Origin: an uncultured virus (IMG/VR IMGVR_UViG_3300030419_004292) | Lineage: Duplodnaviria; Heunggongvirae; Uroviricota; Caudoviricetes | Reading direction: 5' to 3' (one strand) | IMG/VR virus record: IMGVR_UViG_3300030419_004292 | DNA: 64,000 bases | Shown here: positions 8,872 to 19,700 of the stretch, one piece after another | Numbering within the stretch: the stretch's first letter is position 1 | How the letters are laid out: the number at the start of each line of letters is the position of its first letter | The notes under the pieces: model-generated | Database searches by the model: none | What the model saw: the letters and a program-made list of their open reading frames with translations, nothing else | What the model was told of the DNA's origin: nothing | Program-made: the position numbers and the translations under genes

Positions 8872-11800
8872 ATTATAGCTCCTCCGGTAGCCAATATATC
8901 AATGTTACGTTGGATACCTGACGCTGGAGATTCAGCCAGTGAACCCTGTGCAACTGCGGACCCATCTGGAGCAATAGCGCACCCAATGTAAATAGGTCTC
9001 CAAGTTCCACCTATTCTTATAGCTATACAATACGCATGATTTCTATGGGTTGACGAATCATAATCGAAATGTAAAGATGGATCTCTATTTTCTAGAATAA
9101 TACTTTCACCTGTATCCATGCCGTCAGAACCAAGAACAAGGGCTTCGGCTTGCGTTGGATTCTGAACTCCGTCTGGCCCGTTCAAATTTTCAACAAGCCT
9201 ACATTCTATCATTTCCCATCTCGTAGCCCATACGTTTCTGACATCGTCCCAGTACATCTCCACAGGACCACTCTTCCATTCCTGACTTTTTCTCATGTGG
9301 TCAGGAAGAAAACTTTCGAATAAAGCGCCGCCTCGCCCCATAAACCCCAAGTTAACACCACTGTACGCAGGGGGCACAGGGTCTCTATAAACATCATAGC
9401 CCCAACCCGTGACTATAAGCGGACCCCTTAATCCGATACCTCTGTACTCCTCCTTTGCATAGCCGCCCTTTCTGATATTCAGATCTTTAGTGGTTTTATC
9501 TCTAGCGATAGCCTGAATATCGTGCTCTCCGTTTCCAGCAAACAAGGGATTCAAATCACTTTCTGTTGGATAAATATTTTCTCTGGTGAATTTACCATGC
9601 GCTCCAGAAGGAAGAATTCCCGTCTCATGAATCATCAACGCTACACCGCTAGCAGCCGAAACCCCTGACGCCGCCACTCTTCTAGTTACAAACGGCCTAA
9701 ACAAACCGTCGTGACTCATAGCAAACTTTTTATTGTAGTTTTTATTGATCTGAGTCATGGTTGTCCCAAGAGGCTGCATAACCACATTGGGGACTATTGT
9801 CGGAGAACCTTGAACATAATCCGCAACCAGCATCTGGTTACTATTCCCTCCATACTTATCGTCCTTGCCCCCTCCTTTTCCACCCGCCGCACCAGTACCC
9901 CTACCACCCAATGGCGGATTCTTAGATTTCTCCCTCATCTCCTGAAGGAACTTCATGGTGTTTTTATTGATTCTAGAGATACGATCAATATTATACTTAG
10001 CTAACTTACCAAAATCTAAAGTCCAAGTTTCAAATCTGTATTTAGTACTAACTTGACTGGTACTCATGCTTACAGATATCTGGCTGAGATAAGGACCATT
10101 ACCACCTATCTGCTCAGCCAAACCTATCGTCGGCAATTCAGCTACTTCTATTTCTCCAGATTCTGAATTCTGAAGATTCATAGTGGTGGCAAATGCCTTG
10201 GTTATACCGGCAGCGTTCATCAGGGCGGTTGAACCAAATGTCTCGGGCTTTAGAGAACCATCATTCTCTACTTCCGCCCTGCCACTCAAGCTACCCTGAT
10301 TCCACCAAGGACCATAAACATGTCTTGTGCTTTGCTGCGCAACACCCACAGCGGTAGGCATGATCGCCGCTTCGGCCACTTTAAAGTTTGTTGTGTCGGC
10401 ACCAAACCCAGTAGAGTGTGGGCCTTCATTAATGATATAAGATACTGGAGCATTCTTATATAGAGAGGCCAAACCTTTCTTAACGGAGAATTTATCTTCT
10501 TTGGTAACTTTGGGAACGGTACATAAAACATATGGAAGTCCACCAAGAACAAACTCCTCCCAATGTATATCCTCTTCAATATTAATATCTTTGACTACTA
10601 CGCTACCCCCAATAGGGTTACCATTCACTATAGCTGCCAAACCATCGATATAATAATTATCTGTTATGTTGGTATAGTTATATTCTGATCCATAAGGATA
10701 AAAAGCATAGGGTTTTAATCTACCTTCTCCATCGTAGTAACTTATGTCTGCTATTGGTTTTGGCTCTACCCAAGCTGAATTAGAAATTTCCCAAGCTGAT
10801 ACGGCGTCCATATCCTCAGAAAGAAACTTTACATTGTTACTAAATCCACCGGGTTCAAAAGGAATCGCAACAAAGAATTTCTTTCCATAATATTCGTCTG
10901 CCGTTCTTTTTATTGACTCATAGATTTTGTCTATGGTTTCCTGTATACCCTTCTGAGTAGTAATTGCCCACTGAACAGCCGCAGCCCGACTAGTATTTGC
11001 GACATCAAGAGAAGTGGCAGAACCGTTGTTCATTCGGGTTCCCAAAGCACTTCCGCCCACTATAACATCTGTTGGCGCAGCGATAGACTGAAGTTTTTCT
11101 CCACTCTGAAACAGGTTGTGGATAGTTGGATTGTATCTAGCAGCGTAAACCTCCCAAGCTTCTCTGCTAACCATTGCGCATCTTAATTCTAAAATAGTGC
11201 ATTCATAAAACGGATTTCCGGGCACGACACTATTTCCATCAGAAATTCTGACATACACTTTTCCATCATCGTGATAATGGTCGCCCATCATTATGACGCC
11301 GTTTTGAATATCCCATACCGGCCTGATGGTTTGTTGAATTTGCCCCTTTGTTCCAAATTCTGCGCTATAATTCTCCCACATTCTAGACTGAGGTCCACCA
11401 AACACCATTTTTGATGTGGTGGTATCTCCAAATTCTAATCCCGCCTGTTTATTAACTAGTATGCCGGATGATTCAGCCTGATTTATATAAGATGTCAAAA
11501 CACCCAACGTTGGAGACGACTGTCTGGGTATGACCCTAATTTTTATGGTGGGGGGTGTGGTGCATACTCCAGTGACAGGATCTGGATCACCACCAACCAA
11601 CTGAACCATAAAGTCTGCTGAAGCAGCTTCACAAACGTCTTTAATTACAGCCAACAGACTTGTAGTTGTACCAGAAACCCTATACCAATAAAGTCCTCCA
11701 GCTAGTTGAGAAATTTCACTCAAATCAATTTTAAATAATGTTTCTCCCAACCTTATATATTGACCACCAAAAGCCCCGCCAGCATAATTGTTGTTAACTA

Positions 11801-12257
11801 AATTCTGTATATCTTGAAGAAGAACCCCCCACGGATATCCCGCGCTGTTGGTAAAAGCTCCCCCAAAAATCCCTCCATATGCGTAGTTTTCTCTTGCTCC
11901 GAACGGATTAAAAACGTTATGAATAGGAATCAACCCTTCATACGAATTCATAATTACTTGAGAACCCTCAAGGGCAGTAGTCGGAGAATTCAAGCTCACA
12001 CTAAAAGTTTTTCCGCTACCAACACTTACATTCTCTGTCCACTGCTGAAGTATTCCCCCAAACTCTAGATTTCCAATACTAAAAATATAGGCAGTACCGG
12101 GATTTGCGGGATCAAAATGCGTTGCTCCAGCAGTCTGAGGGTCTTCAACGAGATTCACCGAACAGGTGCTAGTTTCGCTATTCCACCCTGCGGAAGCTGA
12201 GAAATCTATTACAGCCGCACCCATAAAGGTTTTTGGAGAACTTAAAATTGCTGCCAC
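8868..12257 (-). CDS. Putative tail tip / baseplate hub-like protein
   Basis: Position downstream of the TMP; N-terminal beta-strand hub-like pattern; 1129 aa; GTG start with AAGGA RBS. Confidence 0.5.
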   Translation of the reverse strand: MAAILSSPKTFMGAAVIDFSASAGWNSETSTCSVNLVEDPQTAGATHFDPANPGTAYIFSIGNLEFGGILQQWTENVSVGSGKTFSVSLNSPTTALEGSQVIMNSYEGLIPIHNVFNPFGARENYAYGGIFGGAFTNSAGYPWGVLLQDIQNLVNNNYAGGAFGGQYIRLGETLFKIDLSEISQLAGGLYWYRVSGTTTSLLAVIKDVCEAASADFMVQLVGGDPDPVTGVCTTPPTIKIRVIPRQSSPTLGVLTSYINQAESSGILVNKQAGLEFGDTTTSKMVFGGPQSRMWENYSAEFGTKGQIQQTIRPVWDIQNGVIMMGDHYHDDGKVYVRISDGNSVVPGNPFYECTILELRCAMVSREAWEVYAARYNPTIHNLFQSGEKLQSIAAPTDVIVGGSALGTRMNNGSATSLDVANTSRAAAVQWAITTQKGIQETIDKIYESIKRTADEYYGKKFFVAIPFEPGGFSNNVKFLSEDMDAVSAWEISNSAWVEPKPIADISYYDGEGRLKPYAFYPYGSEYNYTNITDNYYIDGLAAIVNGNPIGGSVVVKDINIEEDIHWEEFVLGGLPYVLCTVPKVTKEDKFSVKKGLASLYKNAPVSYIINEGPHSTGFGADTTNFKVAEAAIMPTAVGVAQQSTRHVYGPWWNQGSLSGRAEVENDGSLKPETFGSTALMNAAGITKAFATTMNLQNSESGEIEVAELPTIGLAEQIGGNGPYLSQISVSMSTSQVSTKYRFETWTLDFGKLAKYNIDRISRINKNTMKFLQEMREKSKNPPLGGRGTGAAGGKGGGKDDKYGGNSNQMLVADYVQGSPTIVPNVVMQPLGTTMTQINKNYNKKFAMSHDGLFRPFVTRRVAASGVSAASGVALMIHETGILPSGAHGKFTRENIYPTESDLNPLFAGNGEHDIQAIARDKTTKDLNIRKGGYAKEEYRGIGLRGPLIVTGWGYDVYRDPVPPAYSGVNLGFMGRGGALFESFLPDHMRKSQEWKSGPVEMYWDDVRNVWATRWEMIECRLVENLNGPDGVQNPTQAEALVLGSDGMDTGESIILENRDPSLHFDYDSSTHRNHAYCIAIRIGGTWRPIYIGCAIAPDGSAVAQGSLAESPASGIQRNIDILATGGAII

Positions 12258-12269
12258 GTTAATTCCTTC

Positions 12270-13700
12270 TTATTGATAAGTCCATTCTACATTGAGACTA
12301 TATGAACCATTTGACGGTTGCCAAGTTTCGTTAATTGGTCCCTGAATCACAGTAGTTCCAGTTGGTATATAGGTAAGCGCCAAAGCTTTAGCATCAGAAC
12401 TTGGAGGACTTGTTCTATTGGCTTTTTTCATAACCGCCTCTATACTTACCCTCTGCTTCTTCTCTCCGGTAGTTCCCATTTCCTGCAAAACTGGTCCTAA
12501 CGCTCTTCCTATAACCGGAATTGAAGCAAACACACTCTCAGTTCCATCTGCATTGTTGTATTCTACATTTATATTAGTGGAAAGAGAGTTTGCTAAAGCT
12601 GGGGCAAGCCTATCGTTAAAGGTTACACTATATGTTATAATACCGCTTACCTTATTGTGTCCCACAGTTTTTCCTAGTGGGTCACTTAAAAGAGTCCCGG
12701 CCCCTGTATAAAGGGTGTTGGCCAAAGCATGAAGAGCCGAATCTGTAGGGAGCACAGCCAGCGCATTGGAGTATGCAGATGCTCTTGTTTTTGTGGTCTC
12801 AGAACCAACCTCTGTGGCAAGACCGGTTATTGTTCCACTAATACTTATATTAAAATCACCCTCGGTTGCAGAAGTTTCTACGCTAATCTCAAGCTCCTGA
12901 GTAGCGTTAACTTTTCCGAGAGTCCATGTATCTGTTTGAGAAAAACTTCCACCAGCCTTATTAACATTCTGCACCCTTATGTGATTGTATGCGTTTAGAA
13001 CATTGGCGTTAATTGAACTCGTAGAAGTGCTTCCCATCTGCTCCACATCTAGAGCACTGGTACTTCCGGGCATTTCCGAAAGATTAACATTAGTCGGTGA
13101 ATCTCCACACACTGCCTTTACATAAAGTTCAGCTTCTTTCCAAGCATCATTTGTAACTGAACCAGAAGACATCAAACGTCTACCAGTGGCTTCCACTGTA
13201 TGTGTCAGCGTGTAGGTTTTGTATGGGGTCTCGCTGGCTATATCAAATGTTAAAACCCCTTCATTTTCCTGAAGATCCCAAGTTTCTGATACATCCTGTA
13301 CTTGATATGCAAATAGGGCGTCTCCCGATTCGTAATCAGCTTCGCAGGTAATAGAATATTGAGCATCCTGTATCCACATGGATTCATCAGATGGCTCTGG
13401 AATATCTACACTTGTAACTGAAGCGTTTGGAAACGTGAAAGCTCCACCCAGTCCACCATACGGAGTGACTTCAAGAGTTCCGAGCTTTCCAACTGTAAAA
13501 GTGCTTTTGAGCCTCGACATCAAATCGCTTTGACCAGCACCAGTAGTTGTAAGCGAGGCTGTACTGATAATATCTCCGGTCAAAGTAATTTGATAATTTT
13601 GACCTATTATAGTTCCATCGCCAGCCTTAACGAACTCTTTGGTCACCGAGACTTTTGGCGTTGGATTTTGAAATGTAGTGCCAACATAACTAACGGGCAT
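12270..13700 (-). CDS. Putative distal tail/baseplate structural protein
   Basis: Tail-module position; repeated beta-rich units (V-x-ETW ... YTLTHTVEATG; ETWQPSNGSYSLNVEW). Confidence 0.45.
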   Translation of the reverse strand: MPVSYVGTTFQNPTPKVSVTKEFVKAGDGTIIGQNYQITLTGDIISTASLTTTGAGQSDLMSRLKSTFTVGKLGTLEVTPYGGLGGAFTFPNASVTSVDIPEPSDESMWIQDAQYSITCEADYESGDALFAYQVQDVSETWDLQENEGVLTFDIASETPYKTYTLTHTVEATGRRLMSSGSVTNDAWKEAELYVKAVCGDSPTNVNLSEMPGSTSALDVEQMGSTSTSSINANVLNAYNHIRVQNVNKAGGSFSQTDTWTLGKVNATQELEISVETSATEGDFNISISGTITGLATEVGSETTKTRASAYSNALAVLPTDSALHALANTLYTGAGTLLSDPLGKTVGHNKVSGIITYSVTFNDRLAPALANSLSTNINVEYNNADGTESVFASIPVIGRALGPVLQEMGTTGEKKQRVSIEAVMKKANRTSPPSSDAKALALTYIPTGTTVIQGPINETWQPSNGSYSLNVEWTYQ

Positions 13701-13714
13701 TGTTAACCCCTAAA

Positions 13715-16700
13715 TTAGATACCAGAAGCAGAATCATTATAACCTCTTATCATAAACGTAGATACTCCAGAATGCACACCAACCGAAGCGGGAATAGATA
13801 ATGGTATAACCCCGGTTGCATAGTAAACAGAACGAGTAAACAGGGGCATAGAACCACTAGTATCAGTGTTTCCGATATATAGATCTAGACCGGCATCGGG
13901 AAATGTTCCGTCAAACGACCTGCTTGCAAATTGCTGCCCACCAGACAGACCCTTTATCGGCATAACTAAGTTCATAGAGCTACTAGGTAATACACCAAAA
14001 GGAGTGCCTGAAGTTGTACCCAAGAATAAATTCATTCCGCCTGTAGCGGGAGTAAATATGTTAGCTTCTTTCTTTGTTTGAGTATTGTGTAGGTATAGAG
14101 TTATATCCTCGGTCGGATGTGCTGGTGTCAACAGCGATAGATTCATGTTTGAAGTAACGTCAACCTTGGTTTGTGGCTTTAGGAACAAGTTCATATAATC
14201 TGCAAAGTTGGCGCCGCCCTCAATACCGGTGGATTGAACCCACAGGTTCATATAAGAAGAAGTCTCAACTTCAGTTGTTCCGACCGATCTAGTATAAAGA
14301 TTTATGCCGCTTGATTCGGGATAGACATCTCTTACTTTTGCAAACAATCCCATAGAAGTGTTTGAACGAGTTCCCCAAGCTTGATCTATACTTCCTTCTA
14401 CCAACAGACCCATTGTGTCGCTGGAAGATAGCGGTGCTGGATCTATATAGAGAGACATTCCATCTGGGGTAGAAGCCCTCTTGTTAATAACCTGAATTCT
14501 CCAACCCATTCCAGAATGCAGCCCACAATGCACGTACAGATATTCTGGGGCGTCGTCTGGAACATGAAATTCTAGTTGTCCACCCTGAGTTGATCTAGAG
14601 CCGGAAACACCGTTTAGATATTCTTCAGCGTAGTTACTGTCTGGACCGCCGCCATCATTAATTTTAGATATATAGAATGTATGCCCAGAGTTGCTAGAAT
14701 CAGATAGGTCAAATACGTAAGATCTTCCCCTTTCCAATATAGGATCTCCCCACTCGTATTCTGGAGGATTAGCATTATAGTAATAAGGTGGATAGTTATC
14801 GTCAATATGGAAAGCATTTGTATCGTTCGTATAGAATCCTGATTGAACAGTTATATTAAACTTTCTTGCGTATCTATGGTCTTTAAGGTTCCAATATGGC
14901 CAACCCGCAGAAGAAGCTCCTATTGGCCCCTTAGTCACAAGAGATAAGGTGGAATAGGTTCCGGTGTTTTGTTCTGGTCCTGTCATTGACGCCTTCATGG
15001 TTAAATTGAAGACTGTTTGATAAGGAGACCATCCCTTAGTGTGAAGAGTTCCGGTAGCATTAATTCCAGACGGACCCAAAAGCATCAAAGTGGTGTCTTC
15101 GTTAGCTGGAGTCATTCCCTCTGTAAACAGTGGGGCTAGACCAGACGAACCCACAACACCATCCGTGAACAAAGTCGTGTTGGAGTTAGATTCCAACGGA
15201 CCCCTAATGTTTAGAGGCATAGAGGAAAGGTATCTATATAGTTCTATTACATTAGCAGACTCTGAAGTATTCTTACCATATGTTAATGATACCAACTGAG
15301 CATCATTACCCTGCTCAAATGCAACGTTGTTGTATCCAAAGAATTGATTAGAGACGACTTCTTCTCTAACAAATTTCTTTATTTGATTTCCACCCTTTAT
15401 ACCAAATACATAGATAGCTCCAGTATTAGTTCCTGCGGTATCTGCCGTGGTTGACGGAGCCACCCCATAGTCATGCTTCGGAGATCCAATCAGAACCGTA
15501 TCTTCGTTAAGAATTGATACATGATATCCAAACAGGTCATCGGCAGAATGCACCACTGAACTATCAGAGAATGTTTCTGTTGGAATAATGGTATACTTCA
15601 ACGACCAAGTTCCTCCAGACTTTTCAAGGATGTAGGCTTCACCCGCCCTGTCCTTACTGGAGACTTGTTTTTTAGGAGCGCCGACAACTATGTTGTGTCC
15701 ATAGAAATCTAGGGATGCGCCAAAGTTAGCATTATAATCAGCCGACGTATAGGTTATAGAAGAATCTACTGTACCATTATTGGTACTGCTCTGACCCCTA
15801 GAGTAGAAAGCCTTGGTAAATGACCAAGTGCCAGACTTATCAAAGATATATACGGCACCACCACCTTCAACATAACCTATTGAAGTGTCCCCATTCTTAA
15901 CCCTAAGAGACTGAGAGGGAGCGCCCACAACAATAGTGTTATCCTTAATCTTACAAATTAAACCGAAGTAGGATTGCTCATATTCGTTTTCATTCAAACA
16001 TTCGTAATCAATATTTCTATCTGGATTAACTAGCTTTTGAGTTCTCTCCCATCTTGATGAACCGCTGTCATATTCAAATACATAAACGGCCCCACTATTT
16101 ATTCTACTGTCTTTAATTGTCGTGTCTGTTCCGTAGTCTTGACCCGGAGCACCAACAATTACAACGCTGCTATCTATGGCAACGTAGTGACCAAACCTAT
16201 CGCCCAATTTCTTGTCGTTAACAGAAGGAGAACTTCCATCAGTCAACACGGTCGCCCCATCTACTGTAGCCTCATATGCCCAAGTTCCACTTGACCTTCT
16301 ATAGATATGAGCTTTCCCTGTATCATTTGTATCTGAAGCAGGTTCACCAATAACCAGTAAACCGTTTGTGTCATCGACTGCCACAGAAGCACCAAATTCT
16401 GAATGGTTCGGAGCTACCTCTGTCGCGTTGTTAGGATGTTGTATTGTTTGAGCAAGAGACCATGTGTCAGTGTCACCATCCCAGCTATAGATTTTTACGC
16501 TACCGTTCTCGTGCGGAGGGTCATTAAAACCGATTGGATTAAATTCGTATTTGACTCCGGGCGAACCAACGGCCATAGACTTGCCGTGTATATCTATGGT
16601 GTCATTTTGTTTCTTTAGATAGTGTTGTTTGTGGGCCTTTGCTTCTTCTGAATATTCATCAGAATCACTATCACCCAAGAAGTCCATTACTCTGGAACCC

Positions 16701-19700
16701 CAAATCCCGCCTTCCCTGTAGGAGTCTCCGGTAATAGTCTGCTGCTTAGTAAGTTTGACTATGCTGTGTGAAGATGTTGCGGAAGATGCGTAGCTTGGAT
16801 CGTATTTTGTGAATAGTGTTATGCTACGATCATCTGGATTTAGATCTGTGCCATCGGGATCAGATTGTGCCGGTGGAACTATACTGGCGGGACCAGCAGT
16901 ATAGAGTTTAATGCCGTCATCAATATCCCCGGTAATCTTTTCTAGCGTCAAGTTAAGAGTGGTATTATCCGAGGACAAACCCCTTGTATATAGAGATGTC
17001 TGCCCGGAGGCCGGGAGATTATAGGGTCCAGTAATATTGATTCCGCCGGTAGCAGCGATTGGCCCAGTCGTATAAAGAGATCCGGTAGCCGTGACCTGAG
17101 TAGCGTCACCGCTTACGAACAGTGATGGATAACCTTCTGGGTATGTGCCAACAGGAGAGTTGAAGCATAGGTGACCCTTATTATGAAGAGTTATGTCCCC
17201 AGAAGATGGTAAAGGCCCAACAGTAAATAGATCTGCTGTTCCACTTGCGGCAAGGGGAGCCTGTACGGTCAGAGGCATTCCGCCGGTATACTGGAAGTTC
17301 TTTAAGAACATGTCCAGATTTCCGGTAGCCCTAAAGGTCATAACAAGAGGCATACTTCCGCTGCTAAGAACCGCACCTCTGGTATAAAGAGATGTGTGAC
17401 CCCTCGCTCTCAAGGGACCAACATAGAGAGGCATGGCGTGAGAGAACTTTGCGTGCGCTTTTGGTATGGTTAGAGTTATATTTCCACTATCCAGAGCGTG
17501 ACCCTTGGCGTGTGCATCCATTCCGCTAGCTAGGAGATATACACCCTTTGTATGCATAGAAAATACATGCGGGAAGTTTCCTCCGGGGGTTCCGGGGTCA
17601 CCATAACCACGACAACCCAATCCTACAAAATCACGATGGCTTACTGATCCACTGCCGCCAAAAGTCGTGAACAAATTATAATTATCTCCCAATGAACCAA
17701 GTCCATCGAGTGCGTACTCTGGACCCCCGATAATAATATCTTCCTTAGAAAGACCTACAGATCTTCCGTAATCTTCAACATCTGAAGTTCGTCCATCCCT
17801 TCCTATCGGAGCTATAAACTCATTTGTTTGTTTCCACTGATCTCTTGGCTCCGTAAAGTCAATATTAATTCTCGGCCTAGCATCTAAACCGGTTTCATTT
17901 CCATCGCTGTACCTAAAGCCGTAATTTGCAGAATAGAATATCTTTTTACCATTTGAAGGATCTTTTGATTCTTTCGGACCAAGGATTATTACAATAGAGT
18001 TGTTATCTGACCAGCCCGGACGATCCACAATTTCTTGTATGACACCGGCTATAGGGGCTGTTTGGACCTTTTTTCCAGCCATAGTTCTAGTCAATGTCCA
18101 ACTCACCTTATTCAATGTTTTTTTAGAATTTAACTTTGTTGTAAAGTTGACATACTCATCTCCTGATTCTCCCGGCGAGTCATCTTCACCACCAGAAGGC
18201 ATCTCTCCGTCATCTTCGTCGAATGCATAAATTGTTATCGTTGTCGCAATATCATCGTCTGCCGCAGCAGTCATCTCTATATATGCATTGTGAATTTGTG
18301 ATCCACGAGGAATTCCCATGTTATTAAATCTTAACAAGCTATAAAGTGAACTTGTCAAGTTTCCTCCAGCAGCTATGGTGTCGGAGCTATCGTCATAACT
18401 TTCGGCGCTTGAATTAATAGTAGCATCGTCCAAATCTGCCGCTACATTAATATTCTCATTAACTCTGGTGTCTTCTCTATTGCCCTGTCTCTGAAATAGA
18501 TAGGCTCTACCGTTTCCAACATAATTAGTACCACCGGTAGGAATACCCGGCGCCCAGCCCCCTCTATACAAAATGTTTAAGTTGTTGTTGTCTGGTAAAC
18601 TATTTTCATTCCAGCTTGATTCAAAACCGCTTACCTCGCCCTCTCCGTCGCCACCCTTAAAGTATTCTGTTGAAAGCTTTTCTCTAAAATTCAAAGTTGT
18701 ATACAGGCTGGCATCATAATCATAGTCCAATCCCCCGCCAGCAAACGGGGCGCCAGCTAATAAATTATTTCCACACAGAGATAGAGATGCACCAAAATGA
18801 CTGTAAGCATCTCTGCCGGAACCAATTACATAAGTTGGATCTGTAGTATTTCCAATGTGTGGGCCATAATAAAAACCGTACTTTTCATCGTTGTGACAAA
18901 TTTTCTGGTCAAATACATAATTTCCACCCGGCTGCTTTTCCCATATGTATACTGCCCCTCCCTCTTCCTTCGAAAAATCTCTCCCCATCGCAGCACCAGC
19001 ATGTCTGGGTGCGCCGACAGCAAAAAAGTTTTCATTTATCGCTACCGAATATCCAAAATTATCATACTCATCTCTATGATGTCTAATATTAGCGCCAGAT
19101 ATAGCGACAGCATTTTCATCAACACCAACATATTTCGTAAACAGTGCTCCAGAACCTTCAGGTTCTATTGTATCAAAATACCCACTATGACTTGATCTTG
19201 TGAACAGGTAAGCTGCTCCAGCATCTTTTATATATGAACGATATCCTAGATGATCAATATCAACACCCAAACTATGTCTTGGAGCACCAACTATGGCGGT
19301 ATTTCCCTTTATGCCAACAGCCCATCCAAAGCGGTCTTGTGCGCCCCTTCCGTCAGTAATATGCAAAGGATGATTGTCGTTATAGATCCTATGTTCCAGT
19401 CTCTGCCAAAGATAGGAGTCTTCGATAGGAACAACGTCCACCATCTCGCCATTGTCAGATACCTTTTCAACACCAATTAGGTTATTTATTGTAAATGCAC
19501 CGGAACACTTTATATCACTTTGATTATAAAGAACTTCGCCTATAGTTTCGTTTCCCATATAAAGGTTGGGAAGCCCTCTCCATACAGAGTAGCTGGCATT
19601 TCCACTATCTGGATAAGCCCCTATAAAAGCATAGGTATGACCAACTCTATTTATGACATCTCTAGAAGGAGGTGTTCTGGTTACAGAAGACCCCCCTGTT

